This document shows positions 40,200 through 49,518 of a stretch of DNA of 64,000 nucleotides, piece by piece; position 1 is the first letter of the stretch, and the number at the start of each line of letters is the position of its first letter. The notes beneath the pieces are model-generated. The model was not told where the DNA came from and ran no database searches. It saw only the letters and a list, made by a program, of their open reading frames with translations. The position numbers and the translations under genes are program-made. The DNA is from an uncultured Fibrobacteria bacterium (GTDB lineage: Bacteria > Fibrobacterota > Fibrobacteria > UBA11236): positions 2,944,001 to 3,008,000 of the forward strand of contig OY970309.1 in the NCBI GenBank assembly GCA_963716395.1, given 5' to 3'.

Positions 40200-40470
40200 G
40201 TGGTAACAAATAGTGGCAAATCGCATGTGGATTGCTGTGATATTCTATTTAAAATCAACATGTTATAAAGGTGGCTCGTAGTTTTCAACAGCGCTTAAAT
40301 TTCCACTAATTATCTGTAACTACAAAATTAGGAATGAGTTAAACCATATAAAATGTGTTGATAAATGTTTAACTAAGTAACCCTTTGAATAGATTATAGT
40401 TACGATAGATATTAACGCTTGAAAAAAAGATTTCCACCATTATTGGCCAGTTTTGCGGCCTATAAACAAT
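40200..40470. other. AT-rich intergenic region with DnaA-box-like 9-mers and an IHF consensus site (oriC/datA-like candidate)
   Basis: TGTTGATAA 40356-40364, TTTTCAACA 40282-40290, TGTGGATTG 40226-40234, ATTTCCACT 40299-40307, ATTTCCACC 40430-40438; AATCAACATGTTA 40253-40265 matches WATCAANNNNTTR. Confidence 0.4.
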
Positions 40471-40472
40471 GG

Positions 40473-41255
40473 CTACTTGTCGCTGTTTCCGGCACTTTCG
40501 CTATCCGCAGCGGATCCGGCATCCAAGTCAAAAAGTCTTTTCAAGGGGATGATTTTCAAACCTTTTTTGGGATCCACGGCATCCGAGATTTTATCAGCCG
40601 CAAATCCAATCAACAGCGGATGATCGGGGTGATTGGCCACGGCTTTGACGAAGGTCGAAGCGCTGTAGGCCGGCATTAAGAAATTCACCACGAAAGTGTC
40701 GAATTCGCAATCCTGCATCATTTCCAACGCCTCTTCGGGATCATCAGCGACCTCGACGATGGCGTTGGGGAGAATTTGCGAAATAATGGTGGTGGTTTCG
40801 CTCCGGCGCTGGCCTTCCTCATCCACCACCAGAATGTAGCGCTCCGAGGTGTCGGTGGGAACAAAAGTCGCTTCCCAGGATCCGTCGTCATCGCTCTCCA
40901 AGGCTTGGGCCAAATCTTTTTTTTCTTCTTCCACCATTTCCTCTTTCTCCTCGATATCCAAAGGCAGGTCTTCAGTAAAGGTGCTTCTGGGGGGCTTGGC
41001 GGCAGCCTTGGTCTCGTGACCCGGTGCCGGCGACTTGAGCGGTTTGTCGGCGACCGGCGCCGACGCATCCTTGGACGATACCGAAGTCGAAACGGTTTTC
41101 TTGGACGGCGCTTTGGGGTTGGGCTTTCCCGGTTTCGCCTTGGGCTTCGCCTCGCTTTTCGGCTTCTTGGCGGGGGCTTTTTGCGCAGGCTTCGGATCCG
41201 CTTTTTTGGCGGTGGCTTTGACCTTGGCTTTCGAGTGCTGCTTGGATTCGCTCAT
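40473..41255 (-). CDS. Pseudo-receiver domain protein with Lys/Ala/Pro-rich N-terminal tail and acidic linker
   Basis: ILVVDEE...EAL....EFDTFVVNFLMP: CheY-like fold with Asn at the phosphoacceptor position; N-terminus KAKVKATAKKADPKPAQKAPAKKPK. Confidence 0.7.
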   Translation of the reverse strand: MSESKQHSKAKVKATAKKADPKPAQKAPAKKPKSEAKPKAKPGKPNPKAPSKKTVSTSVSSKDASAPVADKPLKSPAPGHETKAAAKPPRSTFTEDLPLDIEEKEEMVEEEKKDLAQALESDDDGSWEATFVPTDTSERYILVVDEEGQRRSETTTIISQILPNAIVEVADDPEEALEMMQDCEFDTFVVNFLMPAYSASTFVKAVANHPDHPLLIGFAADKISDAVDPKKGLKIIPLKRLFDLDAGSAADSESAGNSDK

Positions 41256-41357
41256 AACGCCTTCGCGGAAAATTTTAAGGGAAGGCCAAATATACTAGAA
41301 CCGATGTCAAAAATCTTACCGGCGCCAAGTCGGAGCAACAATTTGTCTGCGGATCAA

Positions 41358-42797
41358 CTATGAAGAGGAGTCGGAGCGCATACATTCCTCCAAATCCGTC
41401 GGCTCGCGTGGAATGGAGGCCGACAAATTGCGGCAGCCCGCCTTTGTGATTAGAAGATCGTCTTCGATGCGAATCCCAATCCATTGGGCGTAGTGACGGC
41501 CGTGTAAGGTGGCTTCGAAATGCCCGTACAATCCGGGTTCATTGGAGAGCTGCCATCCCGGTTGCAAATCCAGGTCCTGGTAAAAGCGATGGGGGTCGCC
41601 GTCGTGTTCCTGTTCCCCCATGAGATGCGATACGCCGTGGGGTTTGTGCGGGTAGGCGCGCCGCATTTTCCCACCGCGCGCCAGAAAACGCGTTTCCAGC
41701 GCGTCTTCGAGAAAATTCCAGACCGCATCGTTCAGGGCACGGATACGGGCTCCGGGCCGGGCATGGTCCTGGTTCAGTTTCATGGCGTCGAGGACGATGC
41801 GGTACAACAATTCCTGCAAGGGGTTGAATCGCCCCGCGGCGGGCACGGTGCGGGTGATATCGGCATGCATGGTGCCGAAACGCGCGCCGAAATCCATCAG
41901 CACGAGGCCGCGCCGGTCGATCCGGTCGTCGTTCTTCAGGTAATGCAGAACCGTGGCGTTTTTTCCGGAGGCGACGATGGAGGGAAAGCTCAGTCCATAA
42001 GGGCTGCGCCGCCGCATGCCGTATTCGAGGTGCGCCGCCAAGGCGTTTTCGTCGCGCAGACGCCGGAGCGCGGGCAGGGTTTCCAGAAACGCCGAGCGCG
42101 TGATCGCCACGGCGCGATCCACGTCGCGCACCTGCTCGGGTTCAAGTGGCAGCCGCAAGCGAAAATGCAGGTCGGCGCAGGTACGGATTTCGAAGCCGCC
42201 GCGGACCCGGCCGGCCCACCGTTCCAGGCTTTGCTTGCAGGCGTAATTGTGATCGGTGCGGGTCCGACGCGTGCGATTGTGATCCGGATCGCGGTATTGA
42301 TGGAAAAATGCGTAACCGAAGGGCTGCTTCCACCCGCGCACCAGGGCCTGGAACCAGGCCCCGAACTCCGCGTGCGGTAAAATTTCTTCGATGCCCGTGA
42401 GACGGCGCACATCGTCCAGTTCCGGCGCGGCTTGCGGATTTTCTTTGGGGATACCGAAGCGGATGCCGTCCCAAAATTCCCGCGCGGGATCCTTGTACGG
42501 CAGGAATAGGACCGCGCGGCCTTTGGTTCCGGGCACCAACGCCAGCACGATTTGCGGCTGATTGATGCCGCATAAATGCATCACCGCGGGCTCTTGAAAG
42601 ATTTTCAAGGCGTTCATGTGCCACAGGTTTTCCGCGCCCGGCTCATGCGGCACCCCGGCGAAAATCGCGAAGCTGTCCAAGGCTTCAAGATGCCTTTGGC
42701 GGCGCGCAGCGAGAATATGGGGAAAGCGCGTTTGCGCCGAACCGACGGGAAATACCTGGGAATAATGCCGCAGCAGAGAGGGCAGGGAAGCCCGCAC
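41358..42797 (-). CDS. pepP: Xaa-Pro aminopeptidase (M24B)
   Basis: IVASG.NA..LHY, MDFGA....ADITRT.P, HGVSH.MG, SNEPGLY, GIRIEDD. Confidence 0.88.
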   Translation of the reverse strand: MRASLPSLLRHYSQVFPVGSAQTRFPHILAARRQRHLEALDSFAIFAGVPHEPGAENLWHMNALKIFQEPAVMHLCGINQPQIVLALVPGTKGRAVLFLPYKDPAREFWDGIRFGIPKENPQAAPELDDVRRLTGIEEILPHAEFGAWFQALVRGWKQPFGYAFFHQYRDPDHNRTRRTRTDHNYACKQSLERWAGRVRGGFEIRTCADLHFRLRLPLEPEQVRDVDRAVAITRSAFLETLPALRRLRDENALAAHLEYGMRRRSPYGLSFPSIVASGKNATVLHYLKNDDRIDRRGLVLMDFGARFGTMHADITRTVPAAGRFNPLQELLYRIVLDAMKLNQDHARPGARIRALNDAVWNFLEDALETRFLARGGKMRRAYPHKPHGVSHLMGEQEHDGDPHRFYQDLDLQPGWQLSNEPGLYGHFEATLHGRHYAQWIGIRIEDDLLITKAGCRNLSASIPREPTDLEECMRSDSSS

Positions 42798-42800
42798 GGC

Positions 42801-43412
42801 TTAGCCCCAGCGTCCGGTGACGTAGGGCAGCGTTTCGGCCACGCGATCGACTTCGGGCAAATGCGACAACAACTCGCGCATCGGATTCCATTGGCCGCTG
42901 AGAAATTGCCGGCGGGGCCCTTCTTCCATGGTCAAAGAAGCGGAAACCGGGCCGCGCAGGGAAGGGGCGTGCAAGTCCAGAATCCATTCCGCCACGGGGT
43001 CGGCGGAGGCGGCTTGTTGCAGGCGCTGCATGCTTTCCGCATCGGTGCTGGCGCAGGGAATGCCCAGCGAGACGCAATTGCCGTAGAAGATTTCGGCGAA
43101 ACTTTCGCCCACCACGGCCCGAATTCCCCAACGCATCAGGGCCTGCGGCGCATGTTCGCGACTGCTGCCGCAGCCGAAATTCTTGTTTACGAAAAGGATT
43201 CCGGCCCCGAGAAAACGGGGATCGTCGAAGGGGTGCGTTTCCCCCTTGGCCCGCAAGGCTTTGCGATCATCTTCAAAGGCGTGCTCGCCCAAGCCGTCAA
43301 ACGCCACGCAGCGCAGAAAGCGCGCCGGAATGATGCGATCGGTGTCGATATCGTTGCCGGACAGGGGGATGGCCCGGCCGGAAACCTGGGTGATAAGGGA
43401 GTCTGCTTCCAT
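42801..43412 (-). CDS. leuD: 3-isopropylmalate dehydratase small subunit
   Basis: DIDTDRIIPARFL, NFGCGSSREHAP.AL, SFAEIF..N. Confidence 0.95.
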   Translation of the reverse strand: MEADSLITQVSGRAIPLSGNDIDTDRIIPARFLRCVAFDGLGEHAFEDDRKALRAKGETHPFDDPRFLGAGILFVNKNFGCGSSREHAPQALMRWGIRAVVGESFAEIFYGNCVSLGIPCASTDAESMQRLQQAASADPVAEWILDLHAPSLRGPVSASLTMEEGPRRQFLSGQWNPMRELLSHLPEVDRVAETLPYVTGRWG

Positions 43413-43437
43413 GGGATGGGGTTCCTCGGCGAGGGGA

Positions 43438-44853
43438 TCAAGCCAAATGAAAGACCCGGCGCGCGTCGGCGACTTTTCCCGTCACGGCCGCGGCCGCAGC
43501 CATCACCGGGCTCATAAGCAAGGTGCGACCCGAGGGCGAACCTTGCCGGCCCTTGAAATTGCGGTTGCTGGTCGAGGCGCAGAGTTGCCGGTCTTTCAGC
43601 TTGTCGGGATTCATGGCCAAACACATCGAGCATCCGGGTTCGCGCCACTCAAAGCCCGCGGCTTGAAACACCGCGGGTAAGCCCAACGCCGCGGCTTCGC
43701 GCTGCACGGCTTCGGAGCCGGGAACCACCAGGGCCTTCACGCCAGGAGCCACACGGCTTCCGCGCAGCAAGCGGGCCGTGGTTTCGAGATCCGAAAGCCG
43801 GCCGTTGGTGCAGGAGCCGATGAAAACCACGTCGACGGGCACACCGGCGATTTTCTGGCCTTCCTGCAGCCCCATGTATTCCAACGCTTCGCGGGCCGAA
43901 GGCCGATCCGAATCCGCCAAGGAGGAGAGCGCGGGAATCGCGCCGTCTACGGGAACCGATTGTGCCGGGTTAATGCCCCAGGTCACGAAAGGCGCCAGCA
44001 CGCCGCCGTCGAGTTCGACTTCGTCGTCGAAGACGGCGTCGGCATCCGAAGCCGAACTGCGCCAATAGCCTACCGCTTGATCCCAGGCGCTTCCGGCCGG
44101 GGCGAAGGCGCGTCCGCGCACATAGGCGAACGTGGTTTCATCGGGATTGACGTAGCCGATGCGCGCGCCCCCCTCGATGGACATATTGCACAGTGTCATG
44201 CGCTCTTCCATGGAGAAGTTGGCAATCACCTCGCCCGCGTATTCATAGGCATAACCCACGCCGCCGTTGACGCCCAAGGTATGGATGATAGCCAGGATGA
44301 CGTCTTTGGCATAGACGCCCACCGGCAATTTTCCCCGCACGCGGATGCGCCGCACCTTGAGGCGGCCCAGGCTCATGGTTTGGGTGGCGAGGATGTCGGC
44401 CACCTGGCTGGTGCCGATGCCGAATGCCAGAGCGCCGAAAGCGCCATGCGTCGAAGTATGGCTGTCGCCGCAGGCGATGATCATCCCCGGCTGGGTTAGT
44501 CCCAATTCCGGACCGATGACGTGCACGATGCCTTGCCGTCCTGAACCCGGTCCGAAAAAAGGCAGGTCGAATGCTTGGGCGTTGCGCTCGACCGCTTGCA
44601 GCATTTCTTCGGCCAAAGAATCGAGCAAGGGCCGGCTGCGTCCGCGCGCCTCGGTGGGAATGATGTGGTCGGCCGTGGCGAACGTCCGCTGCGGATAGCG
44701 CACCCGCAGGCCGCGTTCGCGCAGAAGTGCAAAGGCCTGGGGCGATGTGACCTCGTGCACCAGGTGCAGGCCGATGAAAACCTGATACTGCCCGGAGGCC
44801 AAGCGTCCCACGACATGGCGGTCAAACACCTTCTGATAAAGATTGCGTCCCAT
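43438..44853 (-). CDS. leuC: 3-isopropylmalate dehydratase large subunit
   Basis: [49 protein letters not shown]; start at 44853. Confidence 0.96.
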   Translation of the reverse strand: MGRNLYQKVFDRHVVGRLASGQYQVFIGLHLVHEVTSPQAFALLRERGLRVRYPQRTFATADHIIPTEARGRSRPLLDSLAEEMLQAVERNAQAFDLPFFGPGSGRQGIVHVIGPELGLTQPGMIIACGDSHTSTHGAFGALAFGIGTSQVADILATQTMSLGRLKVRRIRVRGKLPVGVYAKDVILAIIHTLGVNGGVGYAYEYAGEVIANFSMEERMTLCNMSIEGGARIGYVNPDETTFAYVRGRAFAPAGSAWDQAVGYWRSSASDADAVFDDEVELDGGVLAPFVTWGINPAQSVPVDGAIPALSSLADSDRPSAREALEYMGLQEGQKIAGVPVDVVFIGSCTNGRLSDLETTARLLRGSRVAPGVKALVVPGSEAVQREAAALGLPAVFQAAGFEWREPGCSMCLAMNPDKLKDRQLCASTSNRNFKGRQGSPSGRTLLMSPVMAAAAAVTGKVADARRVFHLA

Positions 44854-44895
44854 AGCGCGATGAAACGTAGCAAGGCGCGGAGTCAAATGCCCGCG

Positions 44896-45378
44896 CTACA
44901 GTTCGGCTACGACCTTTTGCTCCAATTCCTCCGGGCTTTCCAGGCCCATCAGCTTCTCTTTGAGCTTGCCGTCGCGTCCGATCAGGAACAGCGTGGGCAA
45001 GGCGTAAATCCCGCCGTAATCCTGCGCGATCTGATCGGTGCCTATCAGCACGGTGTAGTTGATGCCGAAGCGTTCCTCGATGGGTCGCACCTTGTTTCCG
45101 TCAGGATCGTCGACATTCACCGCCACTACGCGAAAACCGCGGTCGCGGTATTTTTTCTGGAGCTGCACCAATTCGGGAATTTCCATCAGGCACGGTTGGC
45201 ACCAGGTCGCCCAAAACACCAGAGCGGTCACCATACTGTCGTTGGTGGAAAGGGAATAGTCTTGGCCGGAATAGGTCTTGAGGGACAAGGGCGGCACCTG
45301 GCCGGGGAGGCGGTCGTTTTTGCGGCATCCCGTCCAGAATAGGGAAAGCAGCATGACCCAAAGCAGAGCATAACGCAT
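44896..45378 (-). CDS. TlpA-family thiol:disulfide reductase lipoprotein
   Basis: Lipobox WTGC; FWATWCQPC..EIP; LPT.FLI...G. Confidence 0.88.
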   Translation of the reverse strand: MRYALLWVMLLSLFWTGCRKNDRLPGQVPPLSLKTYSGQDYSLSTNDSMVTALVFWATWCQPCLMEIPELVQLQKKYRDRGFRVVAVNVDDPDGNKVRPIEERFGINYTVLIGTDQIAQDYGGIYALPTLFLIGRDGKLKEKLMGLESPEELEQKVVAEL

Positions 45379-45482
45379 GGAACCGTGGCATCCCTTCGGT
45401 GAAGGCTATAGAATATACCAACGCCGTACCTCGGTCCGCGCCGAAAAGGGGATTGATTTTGCACGATAATGTTTATGTGCCC

Positions 45483-47186
45483 ATGGGGCAAAAGCTCGGA
45501 GCCATCTTGATCCGCGATGGTGTCGTCGATGCGGAACAGTTGCGGGCGGCGCTCAAGCGGCAAAGCGAGAAGGGCGGGTCGCTGGGCGAGAACCTGGTGC
45601 AAACGGGAGTCATCCAGAGCGTGGACGACATCGCGCCCCAACTGGCGGCGCAAATCAACACTCAGGTCGTGAACCTGAACGAGTATGAAATTCCGGTGGG
45701 CGTCATCTCGTTGTTACCCGAAGAATTGGTGGTCAAGTTCGGGGTGATGCCGGTGCAAAAAGAGGACAAGGTCATCCACGTGGTCATCGCCGATCCCAAG
45801 AGCATGTCGGTGATGGACGCCATCAAGTTTCTCACTGGGTGCAATGTGAAGGTGTGGATCACGCCCGAAACCCAACTCCGCAAGGCGATTGACAAATATT
45901 ATCTGTCCAAGGTCAACAGCGGCGAAATTGAGAACATTCTGCAGGACGTGGCCGACAGCAATCTCGAAATCGTGGCTGACGGGGTGGAAAACGATGAGCA
46001 GGGCGCCGAATACCAGGCCATGGAGGCGCCTTTGGTGCGCCTGGTCAACAAGGTGATCACCGATGCGATAAAGCTGCGCGCCTCCGACATCCACATCGAG
46101 TCCTATGAAAAAACCGTGCGTGTACGCTACCGGCTCGACGGCAATCTCATCGAGCAGACCACCTTGCCGCATAAGCTGAAACCGGCCATCGTGTCGCGTT
46201 TGAAAATCATGGCGAATCTCAACATCGCCGAGCGGCGGCTGCCGCAGGACGGCCGCATCAAGATGGCGATGGGGCTCAAGAAAATCGATTTGCGTGTTTC
46301 CACCTTGCCCACCATATTCGGGGAAAAGGTGGTGATGCGCATTCTCGATTCCGAGAATCTCACCTTGGATCTCAAAAAGGGCGGCTTTACCGACAAAGGC
46401 TATCAGGATTTTCAAGAAGCCCTGAATTCGCCCTATGGCATGATTGTGGTGACCGGTCCCACGGGTTCGGGCAAATCCACCACGCTTTATAGCGCCTTGA
46501 CCGCCATCAACACCCCCGATGTCAACATCATGACCGCCGAAGATCCGGTCGAGTACAATCTCGACGGCATCAACCAGGTACAGGTCAACACCGACATCGG
46601 CCTCACCTTCGCGGCCGCCCTCAAGGCCTTTTTGCGGCAGGATCCCGACATCATCATGGTGGGTGAAATCCGCGATTTGGAAACGGCCCAAATCGCCACC
46701 AAGGCGGCTTTGACCGGACATCTGGTGCTGTCGACACTGCACACCAACGATGCGCCCAGCACGGTGACGCGCCTGGCCGACATGGGTATTGAGCCTTTTC
46801 TCATCGCCTCTTCGGTGCGGCTGGTCATCGCCCAGCGCCTGTTGCGGCGCGTGTGCAAGAACTGCAAACAGCCGGTCGGCGTGCCCGAGGCGGAGGTCCT
46901 GCGGCTGCTCGGGATTACCACGGAAGAGGCCCAAGGCATCACGTTCTATGAGGGCAAAGGATGCACGATCTGCGCCAATACCGGGTATAAGGGCCGGCTG
47001 GCCGTGCACCAGGTCATGCCCATCAGTCCCGCGGTGCGCCGCCTCATCGTCGATCGCGCCACGCCCGATGAAATCGAGAAAATCTCCTGCGCCGAAGGCG
47101 CCTTGACCCTGCGCCAGTCGGCGCTGGAAAAATTGCGGGCCGGCATCACGACTGTGGACGAGGTGATCAAGTCCACGGCGGTATAG
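45483..47186 (+). CDS. pilB: Type IV pilus assembly ATPase
   Basis: MshEN-like KLG.IL...G N-terminus, ASDIHIE, ERRLPQDGRI, GPTGSGKSTT, LRQDPD, LHTNDA, CxxC...GKGC..C. Confidence 0.93.
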   Translation: MGQKLGAILIRDGVVDAEQLRAALKRQSEKGGSLGENLVQTGVIQSVDDIAPQLAAQINTQVVNLNEYEIPVGVISLLPEELVVKFGVMPVQKEDKVIHVVIADPKSMSVMDAIKFLTGCNVKVWITPETQLRKAIDKYYLSKVNSGEIENILQDVADSNLEIVADGVENDEQGAEYQAMEAPLVRLVNKVITDAIKLRASDIHIESYEKTVRVRYRLDGNLIEQTTLPHKLKPAIVSRLKIMANLNIAERRLPQDGRIKMAMGLKKIDLRVSTLPTIFGEKVVMRILDSENLTLDLKKGGFTDKGYQDFQEALNSPYGMIVVTGPTGSGKSTTLYSALTAINTPDVNIMTAEDPVEYNLDGINQVQVNTDIGLTFAAALKAFLRQDPDIIMVGEIRDLETAQIATKAALTGHLVLSTLHTNDAPSTVTRLADMGIEPFLIASSVRLVIAQRLLRRVCKNCKQPVGVPEAEVLRLLGITTEEAQGITFYEGKGCTICANTGYKGRLAVHQVMPISPAVRRLIVDRATPDEIEKISCAEGALTLRQSALEKLRAGITTVDEVIKSTAV

Positions 47187-47244
47187 TATTATATGCGGGC
47201 GCACGGCGGTTTCGCGCCGTGAACGGGAGTGAAGTTCCGAATCC

Positions 47245-48309
47245 ATGGTCAGCATCCAGGAACTGTTGAGCAAAATGGTGGAGGTGACCGCCTCCGACCT
47301 GCATCTGACTGCGGGCAAGCCGCCGCTGTTCCGCATACACGGCGACCTGCGTTCGTTTATGCACGAGTCGCTGACCCCGGAAGATTGCCTGCGCCTGGCC
47401 TACAGCGTCATGAACGAATCGCAACGCAAGGGATTCGAGCAAAAAAAAGAATATGACTTTTCTTTCGGCGTGGCCAATCTCTCTCGGTTCCGCGCCAACG
47501 TGTTTCTGCAACGCGGCTGCGTGGCCATGGCCGTGCGCCTGATTCCCCACGAGATCCTGAACATCGATCAACTCGGATTGCCGCCGATTGTGACGGAATT
47601 CACCGAACGCAATACCGGTCTGGTGCTGGTGACCGGCCCCACGGGTTCGGGCAAATCCACCACCTTGGCGGCCATGGTCGACAAGATCAACACCGAAACC
47701 GAAGGCCACATTCTCACCGTCGAAGATCCCATCGAATTCGTGCACAAGCACAAGAAATGCATCGTCAACCAGCGCGAGGTGCGCACCGACACCGAGACCT
47801 TCGCCAGCGCGTTGCGCGTGGCCCTGCGCCAGGATCCCGACGTCGTGCTCATCGGCGAGATGCGCGATACCGAAACCATGGCGGCCGCGCTTTCCATCGC
47901 CGAAACTGGCCATTTGACGTTGGCCACCTTGCACACCAATTCGGCGGCGCAAACCATCAACCGCATCGTCGACGCCTTTCCGGCGGGAGAGAAATCCCAG
48001 ATTCGCACTCAACTCTCGTTTGTGCTGCAAGGCGTGATCAGCCAGGCCCTGCTGCCGAAAATCGGCGGCGGCCGCATCCTGGTCTATGAGATCATGGCGG
48101 TGACGCCGGCTATTCGCGCCATGATCCGCGATGACAAGGTGCATCAGATTCAAAGCGCCATCGAAGCGGGACAAAAATTCGGCATGGTTACCTTCAACGC
48201 CAAGCTGGCCGAGTTGGTACAACAGCGCAAAATCGAAAAGAGCGTGGCATTGTCGCGCTCGCCCGACCCCGAGCATTTCGAACGGCTCTTCTCCGGTAAT
48301 TTCAGGTAA
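47245..48309 (+). CDS. pilT: Type IV pilus retraction ATPase
   Basis: ASDLHL, RFRAN.F, GPTGSGKSTT, QREV, LRQDPD, AETGHL, AIRAMIR (AIRNLIRE-like). Confidence 0.95.
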   Translation: MVSIQELLSKMVEVTASDLHLTAGKPPLFRIHGDLRSFMHESLTPEDCLRLAYSVMNESQRKGFEQKKEYDFSFGVANLSRFRANVFLQRGCVAMAVRLIPHEILNIDQLGLPPIVTEFTERNTGLVLVTGPTGSGKSTTLAAMVDKINTETEGHILTVEDPIEFVHKHKKCIVNQREVRTDTETFASALRVALRQDPDVVLIGEMRDTETMAAALSIAETGHLTLATLHTNSAAQTINRIVDAFPAGEKSQIRTQLSFVLQGVISQALLPKIGGGRILVYEIMAVTPAIRAMIRDDKVHQIQSAIEAGQKFGMVTFNAKLAELVQQRKIEKSVALSRSPDPEHFERLFSGNFR

Positions 48310-48321
48310 GGCGGAAATCCG

Positions 48322-49515
48322 ATGGCCAGATGGGTATACACCGCCAAGACCGCCGGCGGCAAAGAGGTAGGCGGTGAATTCGAGGCCGGCAACCGCCGAG
48401 AAGCCGAAGCCCTGCTGCGTAAAAAGCGGTTGCGCGCCCAATCGCTGAAGAAGAAAAGCACCGGTTTCAGCCTCGGGGGCGGAGTGCCGCTGAAGTCGCT
48501 GGCGCGGTTTACGCGCCAATTTTCCGCCATGACTTCGGCGGGTTTGCCGCTCATCCAATGCCTTGACATTCTTCAGGAGCAGTCGGAAAACCCCACGTTG
48601 AAAAGCACCATTCAGCGCGTGGGCTCCGACATTCAAGGCGGTGCCACCCTGGCCGATGCACTGGCCAAGCACAAGAAGATCTTTTCCGATTTGTACAGCC
48701 AGATGATAGCGGCCGGTGAAGCCGGCGGCATGCTCGATACCATTCTTATGCGCCTGGCCGAATATCAGGAAAAGGCCGAAGCCCTGCGCCGCAAAATCAA
48801 AGGCGCCATGACCTATCCCATCATCGTGGCGGTGGTGGCCGTGGCCGCCGTGGCCGTGCTGATGGTTTTCGTCGTCCCCATCTTCGCCAGCATGTTCGCC
48901 GATGCGGGCTCGCAATTGCCCATGCCCACCCGCATCGTGCTGGGCATCAGCGCTTTTCTGCGCCATTGGTTTGTGCTCATCCTGGCGGCCGCCGGTGTGG
49001 CCGCTTTCGCCTTCAACCGGTATTACAAAACCGACCAGGGCCGCTTGCGGATGGACGGTCTGCTGCTTAAATCGCCGGTCTTCGGCGACCTCGAACGCAA
49101 GTCTTGCATCGCCCGTTTCAGCCGCACCTTGGGAACCTTGCTCAATTCGGGCGTGTCGATCATCGACGCCTTGCAGGTCACGGCCAAAACCGCGGGCAAC
49201 AAGGTGCTGGAGCAAGGCATTTACCGGACGCTGGAAAGTATTTCCGGCGGTCAAACCATCGCCGATCCGCTGCGCGGAACGGGCGTGTTTCCCCCCATGG
49301 TCATCCAGATGATCGCGGTGGGCGAGAAAACCGGCGGGCTGCCCGACATGCTGATCAAGGTTTCCGATTTCTACGACGACGAAGTCGATGCGGCCGTGGA
49401 AACCCTGACCTCTTTGCTGGAACCTTTGGTGATCGTGGTGTTGGGTTCCATCATCGGCGGCGTGCTGGTGGCCATGTACCTGCCCATGTTTTCCCTGGCC
49501 GGCACCGTGCACTAA
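48322..49515 (+). CDS. pilC: Type IV pilus platform protein (T2SS F family)
   Basis: FTRQ...M..AGLP, AGE.GG.L, MTYP, LP.PT, GEKTG.L..ML, LEP, MYLPMF. Confidence 0.93.
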   Translation: MARWVYTAKTAGGKEVGGEFEAGNRREAEALLRKKRLRAQSLKKKSTGFSLGGGVPLKSLARFTRQFSAMTSAGLPLIQCLDILQEQSENPTLKSTIQRVGSDIQGGATLADALAKHKKIFSDLYSQMIAAGEAGGMLDTILMRLAEYQEKAEALRRKIKGAMTYPIIVAVVAVAAVAVLMVFVVPIFASMFADAGSQLPMPTRIVLGISAFLRHWFVLILAAAGVAAFAFNRYYKTDQGRLRMDGLLLKSPVFGDLERKSCIARFSRTLGTLLNSGVSIIDALQVTAKTAGNKVLEQGIYRTLESISGGQTIADPLRGTGVFPPMVIQMIAVGEKTGGLPDMLIKVSDFYDDEVDAAVETLTSLLEPLVIVVLGSIIGGVLVAMYLPMFSLAGTVH

Positions 49516-49518
49516 TCC

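Noticed and set aside
40040-40288. 82-aa ORF on the minus strand in the AT-rich region
   Set aside because: TTG start, no SD or family motif, atypical composition; probably spurious
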